DNA of 64,000 bases, from the NCBI RefSeq assembly GCF_009914755.1, contig NC_060930.1; one strand, written 5' to 3'. The first letter of the stretch is position 1. Each line of letters opens with the position of its first letter. A program made the translations under genes and the position numbers. This DNA is from the human T2T-CHM13v2.0 reference genome, Homo sapiens. Of this stretch, positions 34,521 through 52,690 are shown piece after piece. The notes under the pieces are model-generated. The model saw only the letters and a program-made list of their open reading frames with translations. It had not been told where the DNA came from and did not search any database.

Positions 34521-36149
34521 GTCACGTAATATTTTAAGGGACCAAAATTAAAGAATTACTGATAAATTATTTTGATTGAATTTGATATTTTATGCAAGAA
34601 TCATGCATATATACTTAATATAGTTGGTGCAATTAATCATTTTTAAACTTATAACATTAAATATAAACAACACAATGGAATAACAATATTGACCTATTGA
34701 GGTCTTCGAGGCAGGGAGGATCTTATCTCATTTTAGTGTTCCCTGCGTGTGACATTGAACCTAGCATTGTGCCTAGAACATTTTGAGTGTTCAGTGGATG
34801 ATTTACACTCAGTTTTGGATATCCAGTCTGTGTGAAATTATTTTCTCCTTAGGACTTTGCCAGTGGTTTTGTTGGGCTGCCTCTTTGGCTCTGGGACACA
34901 TGGACATAGAATATAGCAGTTAAGGGTGTAAGCTATAGATTCAGATTGCCTTGGCTTCACTGCTTTCAGTGTGCACTTAGGAAAGTTACTTAGCCTGTTT
35001 ATTAGGCCCCGGGTTCCTCACCTATTAACTGTACTTGCTGCCTAGAGTTGTAGTGGGAGGTAGATGAGACGATCCATGCAGAGCTCTTCACACACTGCCT
35101 GATCACAATAAGTGCTCAGTAAGCATGAGCTATTATCATTGAAGTTGTTAAGAGTCTGAACAGTGAGACTTCAGCTTTAAGTCTGATTAACAAAGAGGCA
35201 GTTTAGCTGCATTTTCTCCCCTCAATTTTTCCTTAAAATATTTATATATATAGGCTTTCTTTTGAAACCAATATATATAACATTACAAATGTTCAAAAGA
35301 TATGTGAAGATTTTAAAGAAATTGGCAAGTACATACAATATGGTAACTTCATTACTAATCCTTCAATTTTAACAAGTATTTCTTGACCACAATCTGGCAT
35401 CATTCATCCCCTGACTTATGTAGAACATTTTTTTCTGACTCACCTTAGATCTTTATCTTGAAGTCAGTCAGTCCTTCAAAAGAGCTCCTTTAACCTTCAT
35501 GCTAGTTTGTCATCTAGAGTTCCAACTTAGGGCTTTCCTCCTTATAACATTAATAGCTATCTTTTAATAAGTGCCATGTGGCATGTGCTCTAATACAACT
35601 CATCTCTAATTATCACAACAATCTAAGAAAGTAGGTATTATTGGTCCCATTTTAGACATGAGGACGTTGAGACACACTGTGGCTATGTAATTTTCCCAAG
35701 TCACACACCTGGTAAATGAAAAGCCTATATTTAATATAATATCTATGTAACTCTTGAGGGCTGTATTCTCTTGCAGAAAAGATGTTTGAAGCTTTTGTTT
35801 ACAAAAGCAAGCTGTAAATAAATTTCTAGTTAGGGATAAAAAAATCATTGAGCTACCTGTAACAGTGAGTTTGAGTTGCTGGGACTCAATTAGAAAAATT
35901 AGTGATATTATTCACATAAGTTTCTCTCCTCTTCCCTCCCATTTTTCTACTCCCCTGACCCCAGTTTGTTTCCTCCTCTCTTCATCTGTATTTCTACTAA
36001 TGAATAGTGTCAAGATGGAAGCAGAAATTGAGGAAGATCAGCATTGGAGGCAGAGAGAATTGCCCATCTCCCAAAGTGGCTTCTTTTTCTCTTCCCCCTT
36101 TCCCTTTTTTGTCTTCCTGTTTCTCTCTTCTTTCTCATTTCTTTCTTTT

Positions 36150-36153
36150 CTTT

Positions 36154-36186
<33 letters not shown>

Positions 36187-36455
36187 AGATGGAGTCTCGC
36201 TCTGTCACCCAGGCTGGAGTGTAGTGGCACGATCTTGGCTCACTGCAACCTCCACCTCCTGAGTTCAAGCGATTCTCCTGCCTCAGCCTACTGAGTAGCT
36301 GAGATTACAGGCGTGCACCACCACGCCCAGCTAATTTTTGTATTTTTAGTAGAGACGGGGTTTCACCATGTTGGTCAGGGTAGTCTTGAACTCCTGACCT
36401 CATGATCTGCCCACCTTGGCCTCCCAAAGTGCTGGGATTACAGGCGTGAGCCACC
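36150..36455 (-). mobile_element. AluS with expanded CT-rich tail
   Basis: Alu consensus preceded by a long T/CT run. Confidence 0.9.
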
Positions 36456-36500
36456 TTCTCTCTCATTTCTATCTCTCCCTGTTTCTTTCTTTCACTCTCC

Positions 36501-37112
36501 AAAGAAAGAAAGAAAGAAGAGAGGGAGGTAGGGAGGCAAGTGGGGAAAGAGAGAAAGGAAGAGAGGAAAGGAAGGAAGGAAGGAGGGAGGGAGGGAGGAA
36601 AGGAGGGAAGGAAGGAAGGAGGGAGGGAAGTAAGGAAGGAAGGAAGGAAGGAAGGAAAGAAGGAGGGAGGGAGATTGAATATAATACATTCCTATTTTTA
36701 AAATGCCTCCAGCCATATTGTTTGCACTGTACCTTGAAATTCATTTTCTTTAGAAAGATGAATTCATTTTCTTTAGAAAGGAAGGAAGGAAGGAAAGAAA
36801 GGAGGGAGGGAGGGAAGAAAGGAAGGAAAGAAGGAGGGAGGGAGGGAAGGAAAGAAGGAAAGGAGGGAGGGAAGGAAGGAAAGAAGGAGGGAGGGAAGGA
36901 AGGAAGGAAAAAAGGAAGGAAGGAAAGGAGGAGGGAGGGAAGGAAGGAGGGAGGGAGGGAAGGAAGGAAAGAAGGAAGGAAGGAAAGAAGGAGGGATGGA
37001 GGGAAGGAAGGAAGGAAGGAAGGAGGGAATGAGGGAAGGAAGGAAGGAAGGAAGGAGGGGAGACAGAGGGAGGAAGGGAAATTAGAGAGGCGTGAGGGAA
37101 GGTGGAGAAAAG
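36501..37112 (+). repeat. GGAA/GGGA polypurine microsatellite interrupted by a 107-bp insert
   Basis: Seen directly; 6 consecutive GGAA at 36634-36657. Confidence 0.95.
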
Positions 37113-39400
37113 AGAGGAGAACCATTGGCAGTGGCTGGATCCTTTATGACAAGTTCGGGTTTTCTTTCCTGTCTAACTTCTTCCTTCCTTTCCTGCCTTT
37201 TTCCCACCACAAATATTGCCTCTAGTGATAGAACACCTCTAGTTCCAGTAAATGGTAACTGAGAAACGAAGTGGTAATTTACTTGTCAACTGTTATTTGC
37301 CTGTTCCTTAAATGATCTAGATAAATGGGCTTAAATCCCTATTCACACCTTGTGCAAAATCTGATGCCCTCCCCAAGACTTCTCCAAATTCCTGAAAGTT
37401 TACAGTCTTGTGATCACCTCTAGTTCTAATTCCCTGACTCCAATAAATTTGGGTTCTTCCCATTGTCTTATGTATTTTTTTATTTCAGTCTCTCTGCATC
37501 TATTTACACTTAGAACCCAGCCGTTTTCCTTGATTTCTATTATTGAAAGACACCATCTTCACAAAGACTCTCTGTGTGGTGAGCTTTACCGAAGGTAAAG
37601 AGAAATGAAGAATTACAGTGCTGCAAAACAAACAACGTAAATTGAATATAATACGTTCCTATTTTTAAAATGCCTCCAGCCATATTGTTTGCACTGTACC
37701 TTGAAATTCATTTTCTTTAGGAAGATGAGTTGCTGAGTAGATAGAGGTGGATAGATGTACAGATGTATGATAAAGCAAGTATAATAAAATATTAATGTAG
37801 AATCTAGGTGGTAAGTATATGAGTGTTTGCTGTTTAAAAACAACTTTCAGCTTTGCTATTTATTGGAAATTTTTCATAATAAGATATTGAGAAAAACAAA
37901 CAACAAAACAAAAAAATTTCTTCAGCATTTCTGTCAAGTCGTTCAGCCATCCATCCTACCCTCTCTCTTAAATTCTGGATTATCTTCCAGTGGGTAAACC
38001 CTGCCAAAATTTCTGTTCATTTCTAATGGAAAGCATTTTATCATTCTTTGTTATCTTCTACTAACCACAATCTCATTGCATTCTCACCCAAGCTGCTTAT
38101 GATCTCCTCCTAAACAAAGACTTCCTTAAGAATTCTTTAAGAACAATAACATCTTACACATATTTATATACTCTTTAATCCATTTAACAATGCCTTGTTC
38201 ATAGGAGATACAAATATACATGTGAGGCTATATTGTACAGTAGAATTAAGGAGGAGATATGAAGCCAAAAGAAGTTGGTTTAAGTCCTGGCTCTGTCACT
38301 AACTCTGACTTTGAACTAGTTGTATAACTTCTTTGAGTCCATTTCTAAGTCTTCTAATCCAAAAAAGAGGTATGATTTTTAAACAATGCGTACCTCACAG
38401 GGCTGCCATGAGAATTAAATTGGATAATGCAGGCTTTCAAAACTGCAACCAGTAATTGAATAATTGGATAATGAACAGAAGGCAAAGATTGTTTATGTGA
38501 TTGGACTGTGTGACTGACTGTTGGGGCCCCTGCCTTTCTGGCTAATGAACAACAGGCATACAAATGCCAGTACATCTTCCTAATGTAGACGTTCAACCTC
38601 TTCCAATGGCCTCTCTTCTCCTACCCCAGCTGCAGCCTTAGTGGCAGTTCAGATGGTTCTAGAACTGATACTTTCTGTGGTGCTCATTTGGCACAAACAA
38701 AACTCATGTATCCTTGTCAACCACTCAGTGGTAATGTTGAGACCCAAACTCTCTTTGTCTTCAGCTTTCGCTCCTAGTGTCTTGGGTTCTAGAGTTACTA
38801 CTAGGATATCAGGAAACGTCCCATTCGACATCGTATTATACTGTGAGTAATGGATTAGATAATTCAAGGAAAGTGTTGGTTAATTATGCTCTTAGATGCA
38901 TAATGGTATTTCACTGTGAATATTCATCTATCTCTCCACAAATTTTCTTTGTCCATGTTTGTTTGCCACTTCACTTTCTAAAAATAATTTAAGTATTTCT
39001 TACCTCTTTTAACTTATCTACTTCTTTAGCTGAAGCTAGTATAAATGGGAATTTTAAAACAATGATTCCCTTAGCAACTGGCAAATTTTGCAAATTTCCT
39101 CATGCTGTTCAGAGTTGCAAAAATCATATACCATAAGTAGCATTATGAAAGATTAATTAATATCAGGATGTCTTCCAAAGCAAGCCATTTGAAATACCAT
39201 TAAAACAGAAGAATACAAATTATTTTAAAGAGCCCTGAAATGTTTTCATCCAAATTGGGTAAATACATATTAATTTTATTTATCTCTCAACAAATATTTT
39301 AGGAATTTTTATAGAGCTTCCTATAACATGCCAAAAGATAATAATCAGTTATATAAAGCATTAACAAAATTTTGGCTATGATAATCAATACTTAAATATC

Positions 39401-41380
<1,980 letters not shown>

Positions 41381-42208
41381 TTAATCGATTCTTTAAAATA
41401 TCTATGCAATTGAACAAAATTTACAGTTCTCAAGGTGCCTGTCTGCAGCATATTAGACATCAACAGACAGACCTGATTATTACTAGGAAATAGACCAGAG
41501 GCCAAACTTCACAATTTACCAAAAAAGTATATTAGATTTTATTTTAGCCAGAGGAAGAGTCTCAACATTGCAGAATCAGAACATCCCATTTTTAAAGATT
41601 AGATTTCAATGCTCCCTTCATGAATGTATTTCTGGAAAGGCAGTGATATAGCCATACGGTCAGATAGGCTATGAGTTATAACTATACGAACCAGCAAACT
41701 TGGAAAATATTTCAAAATGTCATCTGATTAACCCTCTTGCCTTTTGGCAGATCATTGTTGAAACTTATCCCGGTTGCTGGAAAATTTTTCATTGAGAGGA
41801 GTTCTACAGTTTCTCTTCACAGTCTGCTTTGATGAAAGCATTAACTCATGTAAATAACCCTTTTTGTTCATGTTCTTACCAGTATTTAGAATGTTTTCCT
41901 TTTCATCCATGCAAATTCTGCAATGATTTAATAACTTGTTAATTCTCCATAAAATCTTATTTGCCCATAGAGGACACTGCAATTTTTCCACCTGTAAGCC
42001 AATATCTACAACATTTATCTGGCAATTAAGTGTGAACTATTATTCCTCTTATAAAGTTACATACATATGTATTATTTAATACTTCCGGCAGCAAATATCA
42101 TCTCTTCATTTAGACCATCACTACCATAAGGGCAAGAGTTGGAGCTAAACAATTTTGTGCCTTGACAGAGTGCTTCTTGTATACAATCATAATTTGATAA
42201 ATCTTTGT

Positions 42209-42665
<457 letters not shown>

Positions 42666-43187
42666 GGTAGAATGGGTTCACATCTAGCATTACGATTTAC
42701 TACTTGTGTGACATTTGATGAGATACCACCCTGTGCCTCTCACTTTCTTCATCTGAAAATAGGGATATTATATTACCTATTTCATACAGTTGTTGTCAGG
42801 AGAATAAGAGTTTATATATGTAAACCACTTAGAAAATTCGTTGGTACATAATATATATTCAACAACTGTTAGCTTAATTTTTATTAAACAATCTCTCTAC
42901 CTATTTCACAAATTCTCGACTGCTCTGTAAACATTTTGAGGAAGTCTATGATATGATCATAATCTATGCAGCATTATTTTCCACGACTCCCCAGTAAACA
43001 CCCTCTGTTGTCTCAACAGACTCCTCTTCACCTACCCCTATGATAAGGGAACTTAACCATAGCATAGGAATCCCTCTGTCTGGACGACTACAGTAGAAAT
43101 TATCATGGGGAGGCTGGAACTAAAGTAGTAAGTGGTGTGTTCTGGTATCCTGACTTCTCAGGTAAAGGTTGGGCCCATTTTTTGTAG

Positions 43188-44627
<1,440 letters not shown>

Positions 44628-44974
44628 TAATGGTGTATTTTTTTTTTGCTTTAGAGTCTCAATTAGTCATGCTTCACTATTTTTTCAGCAGAAAAATAAG
44701 TACATAAATTGAAATTGCAAGTAAGTAGTTAAGCTTCCTAAGTCCATGAGTTTATAACTGTTAAAATAATTCTTCTGGTTTGAGTTATTATAATATTATT
44801 ATTACCATGGTATAGAATTGATGAAAGAACATAACTACATTATACTTTTTATAAACAATTATTAAACATGAAAGTTAACTGTTTTTTTGGAAATACATCT
44901 CTTAAGGATTTGAAAGAAGTGGTGCTTTTGGTGCCTTGATTAATGGGGCTCTGTGTGGAGGCCAGGAGATTTTT

Positions 44975-45041
44975 ATTTTTATTTTTTATTTTTTTTTGAG
45001 ACAGAGTCTCGCTCTGTCGCCCAGGCTGGAGTGTAGTGGCA
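44975..45041 (-). mobile_element. Severely 5'-truncated Alu with 19-bp TSD
   Basis: About 45 bp of Alu 3' end plus tail between two copies of tggaggccaggagattttt. Confidence 0.9.
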
Positions 45042-46569
45042 TGGAGGCCAGGAGATTTTTTTATGCCCAAAGGCAATGCATAACAGTAAGGGAAGGTGGC
45101 CTACTTTTGCAAAGTAGGAAAAGGGAAATATGAAGGGAGAAAATGGGAACTATGGGCAAGTTCCTAGGCATATCACTTTTAGGAAGGAGTATATATGACT
45201 TTGAGGATTTGGGAATTGATTCTCTTAAACCTGTGTCTGTGGAAAATTTTCAGGTCTTGCAGGAGTACCTGTACATCTTGTGGAAAACTACCTTGATGCA
45301 ATGCAGCCCCTAAGAACACTAAAGCAAGCTATCCTAAAAGTCACTGAATCAAATGTCTTTCAGACTAAAATAAGATGCCTGTGTCATGTAATTTAGTGAA
45401 TTAATTGAAAACAGAAGGATAAGCAAGGGGAGAGGAATGGTGTAGGTTAACCTACACCTAGGCTAGGGTCAAGCAGAATGGAAGGACTGCAGTATTTGAG
45501 TTCATACATCTTGTCTCTTCCTCCTGTGTATCAACCTTCCCCTGATGGTGTGGTTACAAGACAGAGTCAAGGTTTGAGCAACAGGACTTGGCAGAAGGAT
45601 GGTGCCTCAAGTGAACACACTGGCTTTAGTTTAGACCTGGCCACAGCTGTAGCTTGCCAATTACACTGATGAACAGCTATGGAGCTTACTGGGTAAAGGA
45701 CACATGGGCTAGAATGGGTTTTGTAAATGAGAAGTCAGTTTAAGACCTTATGAATATTGAGTGCCTGATATATGTTTACTGTATGAATATTTGGTGCTCT
45801 TGGTCCTACTATTCCTCCCAACTGAAATTAAGCACACATATGCTCAACTTCTTTTATGTCTAACATATCTCACAAGCCACTAGCTTTTATATTTAGTTTC
45901 ATTCATTTTCCTTATTTTTCTCATTTTTCATAGCATACTGAATATTCTTAAATAAAACAGCAAATATTCATTGCACCTGGTTGGAAGAACACCACCAATA
46001 TTGGAATGGAGACTTGTCTCTTCCTTTTGAACTCCCTTCCAGGAACAGAGCAACAGGATCACATGTAAACTATATATCTTCTCTGCACATCCTAAAAGAG
46101 TGGGTAGACTGAAAAATGGGAAGTACACTGGGAAGCCTTTTTAACTAACTCACTATAAAACCTTCCATTCAGGACAAGTGCAAGATATTGATCTCCTGAG
46201 CCCTTAGGATACCCACATGGGCTAAGGTGGCTGGAGCTGTACTCTTTTGCCTCCAAACACAAGCTTCTCATTTCTTTATTCCAGTATGACATACAACGTA
46301 TTATAATTTTCTATGTATATCTAGGGTAGATACTTAGGTACGGAATTGCTAAGTCATACAGCATATGCAGTTTCAACCTTAATGCCAAACTATTATTTCG
46401 AGGTTTTTTCCCCAATTTATATTCCCAACAAGATGTAAGAAAGTTCCCATTGAGCCACAGCCTAATCAATATTTGATAATTTCAGAAAGAATAATAACAC
46501 TTAATAATATGAAAATTTCCTATTTTAAAAGGATAGAAAATTCAGGTCTAAAGATAATTTAATAGGTTT

Positions 46570-47720
46570 ATTTATTCAGTGATTCATTTTAACAAGCATT
46601 GATTGACACTTATTTCACTCTTGGCATTATGCTAAATGCTGAGGATAAAAGATGACTAAGACTAATCCCTGTTCTCAAGGAACTTACACTCTATATGGAA
46701 TGCATATATGTCAACAGATTATTCAGGTGATGAGTGCAATAATGGAGGTAAATGCAAATTTCTGTAGCACTGATGAAGGAAAGAGAAAAATGAGTCTGAG
46801 TTTGGGGCAAGAGATATCAGGAAATGTGTAGGTTGAGGTTTTTCACAAGATATATTTGTTTTCAAATTTGGGTTTTACTTTTTAAACTCTATACTCATAG
46901 TTCTGTAGTGATAACTTGGGAAGGCCAGGACATGAAGGGGTTTTGTATGATAGATGATATGGAACCACTTAAAGAGTTTTAGGCAATGCAACAAAATGAA
47001 CGAAATTGTATTCTAAAAAGAGAATGCCGATGGCAATGTGGAGGATAGACTGGGATTGAGATGGGCATGAATGGAGGCAGGGAGACACGTTAGGAGTCCA
47101 TTGTAGTTGAAGTTCAAGATGATAAAAGCCTGAACCTAAAGCAGTGACAATGGATATGGAAAGAAAATAGATATGAATAATATTCAAGAAGTAGCATTAA
47201 TAGAATCAGGTGATAAACTAGAAGTAGAAAATAATGGGAAAAGATTAGTCTATCATGATACCTAAGTTTCTACCTAAGGGGATATATTCATTCATTCATT
47301 CATCAACTAATATATATTGATCACATGCTACATGCCAGAACTTATGCTGACTGTGGGGGCTATCTAGGGATAACATGTTAACATGGCTCCAGGGGACACT
47401 ATTCACGTGGTATATACATGGAATATGGTAGGGATGGTGTTTCCAGACTTCTTCAATCGTGTGGTTCCAGATTTTCTGTGGATAGGACATAGTTCCTACG
47501 GTTAAGGAGCACACAGTTCTGTGTACAGTTGTACTGTTAACCAAGACGGAAAAAAAATAAGGACTGTGCACCGAGCCTTGGGAACCTACATGTTGCCCCT
47601 TGTCTTTCTTTTCACCTGAAACAATTAGTTTGGCATATTGGACATGCTGACCTTGAAGGGTTTATGGAATGTTTAGATGGAAATTTCTATGAAACCACTG
47701 GACATGTTAGTCTAGAGCCC
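46570..47720. mobile_element. L2 fragments
   Basis: ccctgttctcaaggaacttacactct, tggcaatgtggaggatagactgg, cattcattcattcatc L2 3' tail. Confidence 0.7.
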
Positions 47721-48879
47721 TTGGTTAAGGGTTTATAGTGAGTTAGTTAAAAAGGCTTCCCAGTGCACTTCCCACTTTTCAGTCTACCCAATCTTTTAGG
47801 ATGTGCAGAGAAGAAGTGTAGTTTACATGTGGTCCTGTTGCTCTGTTCCTGGAAGGGAGTTCAAAGGGAAGAGACCAAGTCTCCACTCCAATATAAACCT
47901 TCTGAAAGTTTTTTTCTTTCAATGGCTCCAAATTGCACACTCTACAATTGAGAAGTTCAGAAAATTGAGTAACTCATATTAAAATTTTCAAGACCGCAAA
48001 GGTTTTTCACATAATAGAACAATTTTAAGGGTGAAGTAAATGAATTCAAACTAATTTATTTTTCTTTTCATATATGTCTAATAAAAATGACTGACGGATT
48101 GTTTGGACTTTAACGTGTTTAGATGTGAGTCTCCCCCCTTTTATTCAGTGACAAGTGCAAAGCAACTTGCCAACAATTTTTTTTTCAATTTTGTAATTTT
48201 AACACTGACAATAAGAAACATTCTATAGAAAGTTTGACTTTGAACTGGAATATTTTTGCCATATCTCTGCCTAGAGGGAATTTTTATGGTTGAGTTTGTA
48301 AATGCTAGCAAAACAAAGTTGAAAATGGAAAAGCTTTCAATTTTCAAGGCTAATGTAAGATGAGTTATGCTTCTTATGCATCATACTTCTGGTAATTCTC
48401 TTATTTTTTATTTGTTGCAGTGTAAATTTTATCAGAGAAGCCTTTGAAAAAAAGATATTTATTTTTGTATGAACCAATACCATCAGCATCAGAGAAGCCA
48501 TAATTTAATTATGAAGGACTATATATTATAATAAGTTATAACACTTCAACCAGTTTTCATGTTTGTAGTTATGGGCACACTATAATAATTTCCTTCAGTA
48601 AGGGTAAACACCAGTGAAGCAAGTTAAAAACAGAATAAATAAAAAAACTATATTCAATGAAACTACTAGATGCAACCCACATTTCCAGTAATCCTGGAGA
48701 ATAGTAAGCATTAAGCTTAAGATCTGGAACATCTCATTCAGTGTGCTTTACTGTAGGATATCTTACTTGAAAATAATAAGAATAATGTCACTCAATAGCA
48801 TTTTAGACTTGTTGATTATCTATGTACATATAAATCTGGTCTAAATGTTGAGGTAAAAATCCGAATTAAAACTTGCTGA

Positions 48880-50543
<1,664 letters not shown>

Positions 50544-51567
50544 TAAAAGATACATTCTTTTGTGGAAGAATATGCAGTGATTGCAATTTGTACTTATATT
50601 TAATAACATATTAAAAAAATAAAGATGCTCGTAATGAAGCAAGGAAGCCTGAAATCACTCGGTAAGTTCTCAATACCCACAGACCTAGGGCTGGGCCAGG
50701 ATGAGATGAAATGATGGAGGCCCTAGCTAGCCTTAGGGGCAAAACTTAAGGGAGTTCCAAACAAACCCTAGTATTCAAGATATGATTTTAATGGAATATT
50801 CTGAAAAATGAAATTGAATACCAATAAATACATGATAAACAAAATATCAAAGTATTAAATAATGAGGGGATCCACTCCCACACCTGCATAACTCTTCTGC
50901 TTCATCTTAATGAGGACTCAAGAGGAGTGAAGAGTCATGCCCAGAGAAACTTTCATTCAACTCTCCTTTTTAGATGAAGGAAGGTAATGGGCTGTAATAG
51001 CGAGGAAAAGACCAAGATTGTGGCTTCTAGAAGCAACATGAATATTCTCCCTCTTGTAAATGTGCACAAAAGTGGGAATCATGGTACCAAGGCCCTCTTT
51101 GGCTTGGCTGCTTGTAGCCAAGCCAACTTCACTTCTCCACTATATTACAATATTCCCTTCTAGACAGAACGGTCCCTTTAATGTTCCAACACATTTTTTT
51201 CCCACTTTGATTTAGCTCAGTATTTTCTAAAAATACTTCAAAGACCTTTAAATTCCTTTAGAAGCAATAATTAAATAAGTTTGTAAATGCTGTATTTACA
51301 AACTTGTAAGTCCGTCTAGTGGAGATTCAAAATGCATGTAGCATATTAAAATCTGGGATAAAATTGACAATATGAAGTCTGTTTATCTTGTTTAATACAG
51401 CGTTTTCCCAATTTTATTTTATCATAGAGTCACAGCACTACCCAGTCTCTGACTTCAACTGCAATAAGGCAGCAATCGTCTAGCCCTGCTCCCTTTCTTT
51501 CCTTGGTGGTAGTAGCATTTTGCTTTTCTGATTCTGTAAGGTATCTCTCCACCTTCCCAGATCCTGG

Positions 51568-51599
<32 letters not shown>

Positions 51600-51964
51600 C
51601 AGATCTAGTGATAAGGCAGCTCTGGAATTTTTGCCCAGGATTTTGTTTATGTGTATTTTAGTTTCAGTATGGACATAAGATCATGGGATTTCATGGAAGA
51701 TGTCAGGACGACTGTGGGAAGAAACACTGACCAATTTTAGCCTGTGCTTTAAAATAGCCATATCTATACTCTCTGTCTACATCTTCTTCTCTTTAAAATA
51801 TATGTCCTCTAATTATAGGCTTATAATTAGGAAGAGATAAATCATTTAATAGATGTGATATGGTGTTGGAAATCCTCATCTTATAATTACCCCAGTGGAG
51901 TGATCCAAAATGGAAACCACTATGAATAGGCATGTCTTGGGGATCAGAAAATGGAAACCTTAGC

Positions 51965-52690
51965 ATATCAGTCTAAGTCCAATGAGGACAGAGAAACCAT
52001 ATAGTAATTTGAATAAGAAAAGTTTAATGTGAAGAATTATTGACTATAACAGAGGATTGGAGAAACAAGGAATTGGCTAGGAAGAACTAAAAATAACTCT
52101 AAAGAATACAGGAATAACAGCATCCACTACCCTCAGGGCTGAAATACAGCAACCAAGTAAGAGTCCTCCCCTCTTCTCAACCAAGGCTGAATCCAGACCC
52201 TGCACAGCCTTGGCTCCCTGGGTGGCAGAGAAGTTGTGCTAGTAGAGCTTGCTGCAGATCTGCTCTCTAGGGTGCTGGGGAAGGCTGTTCACACGGAGTT
52301 GCCTCACCAGAGCCACACTGCTACAAACAGCCCAGGAGGGGAGGGTGCTGGGGGAAACTTCTGGCTACCGGTGCTTCAGGAGCCTGGCACTGGAAAAGCT
52401 AGCTTTATTGCAGCAGCTGGGCTTTGGAGAAGATGTGGGTATGTATGCACTTCAGGAGCCAGGAGCTGGGAAATCTATATGTCCTGCACTGCAGAAACCT
52501 GCTGTGTGAGCACAAGTTAACCAGGAAGCAAAACCCTTTCCTCCTGCAATGTCTTTCTAACGTCCCCACCGACAAAACATGATTGCCAACTGATAAAGAG
52601 AAATATTTAATGGATCCGGATTCATTTTCACAGAGCAGGTAAAAAAAGGTGAATTTGGAGCTGCAAGACAATAAACTGATAACTGGCACA
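51965..52690 (-). mobile_element. ERVL solo LTR (LTR41-like)
   Basis: Minus strand begins TGTGCCAGTTATCAGTTTATTGTCTTGCAGCTCCAAATTCACC, recalled as the LTR41 5' end. Confidence 0.65.

Noticed and set aside
36416-37225. 269-aa and 218-aa ORFs (GRKE-rich and PSFL-rich)
   Set aside because: Translations of the GGAA microsatellite plus Alu sequence; stop-poor by composition.
45998-47894. Autonomous DNA transposon bounded by the 167-bp inverted repeats
   Set aside because: No transposase ORF, no clear flanking TSD, and the interior is older L1/L2 debris. Retained only as an inverted duplication.
51569-51597. Isolated T29 run as a possible orphan retrotransposon tail
   Set aside because: No convincing TSD or adjoining element body.
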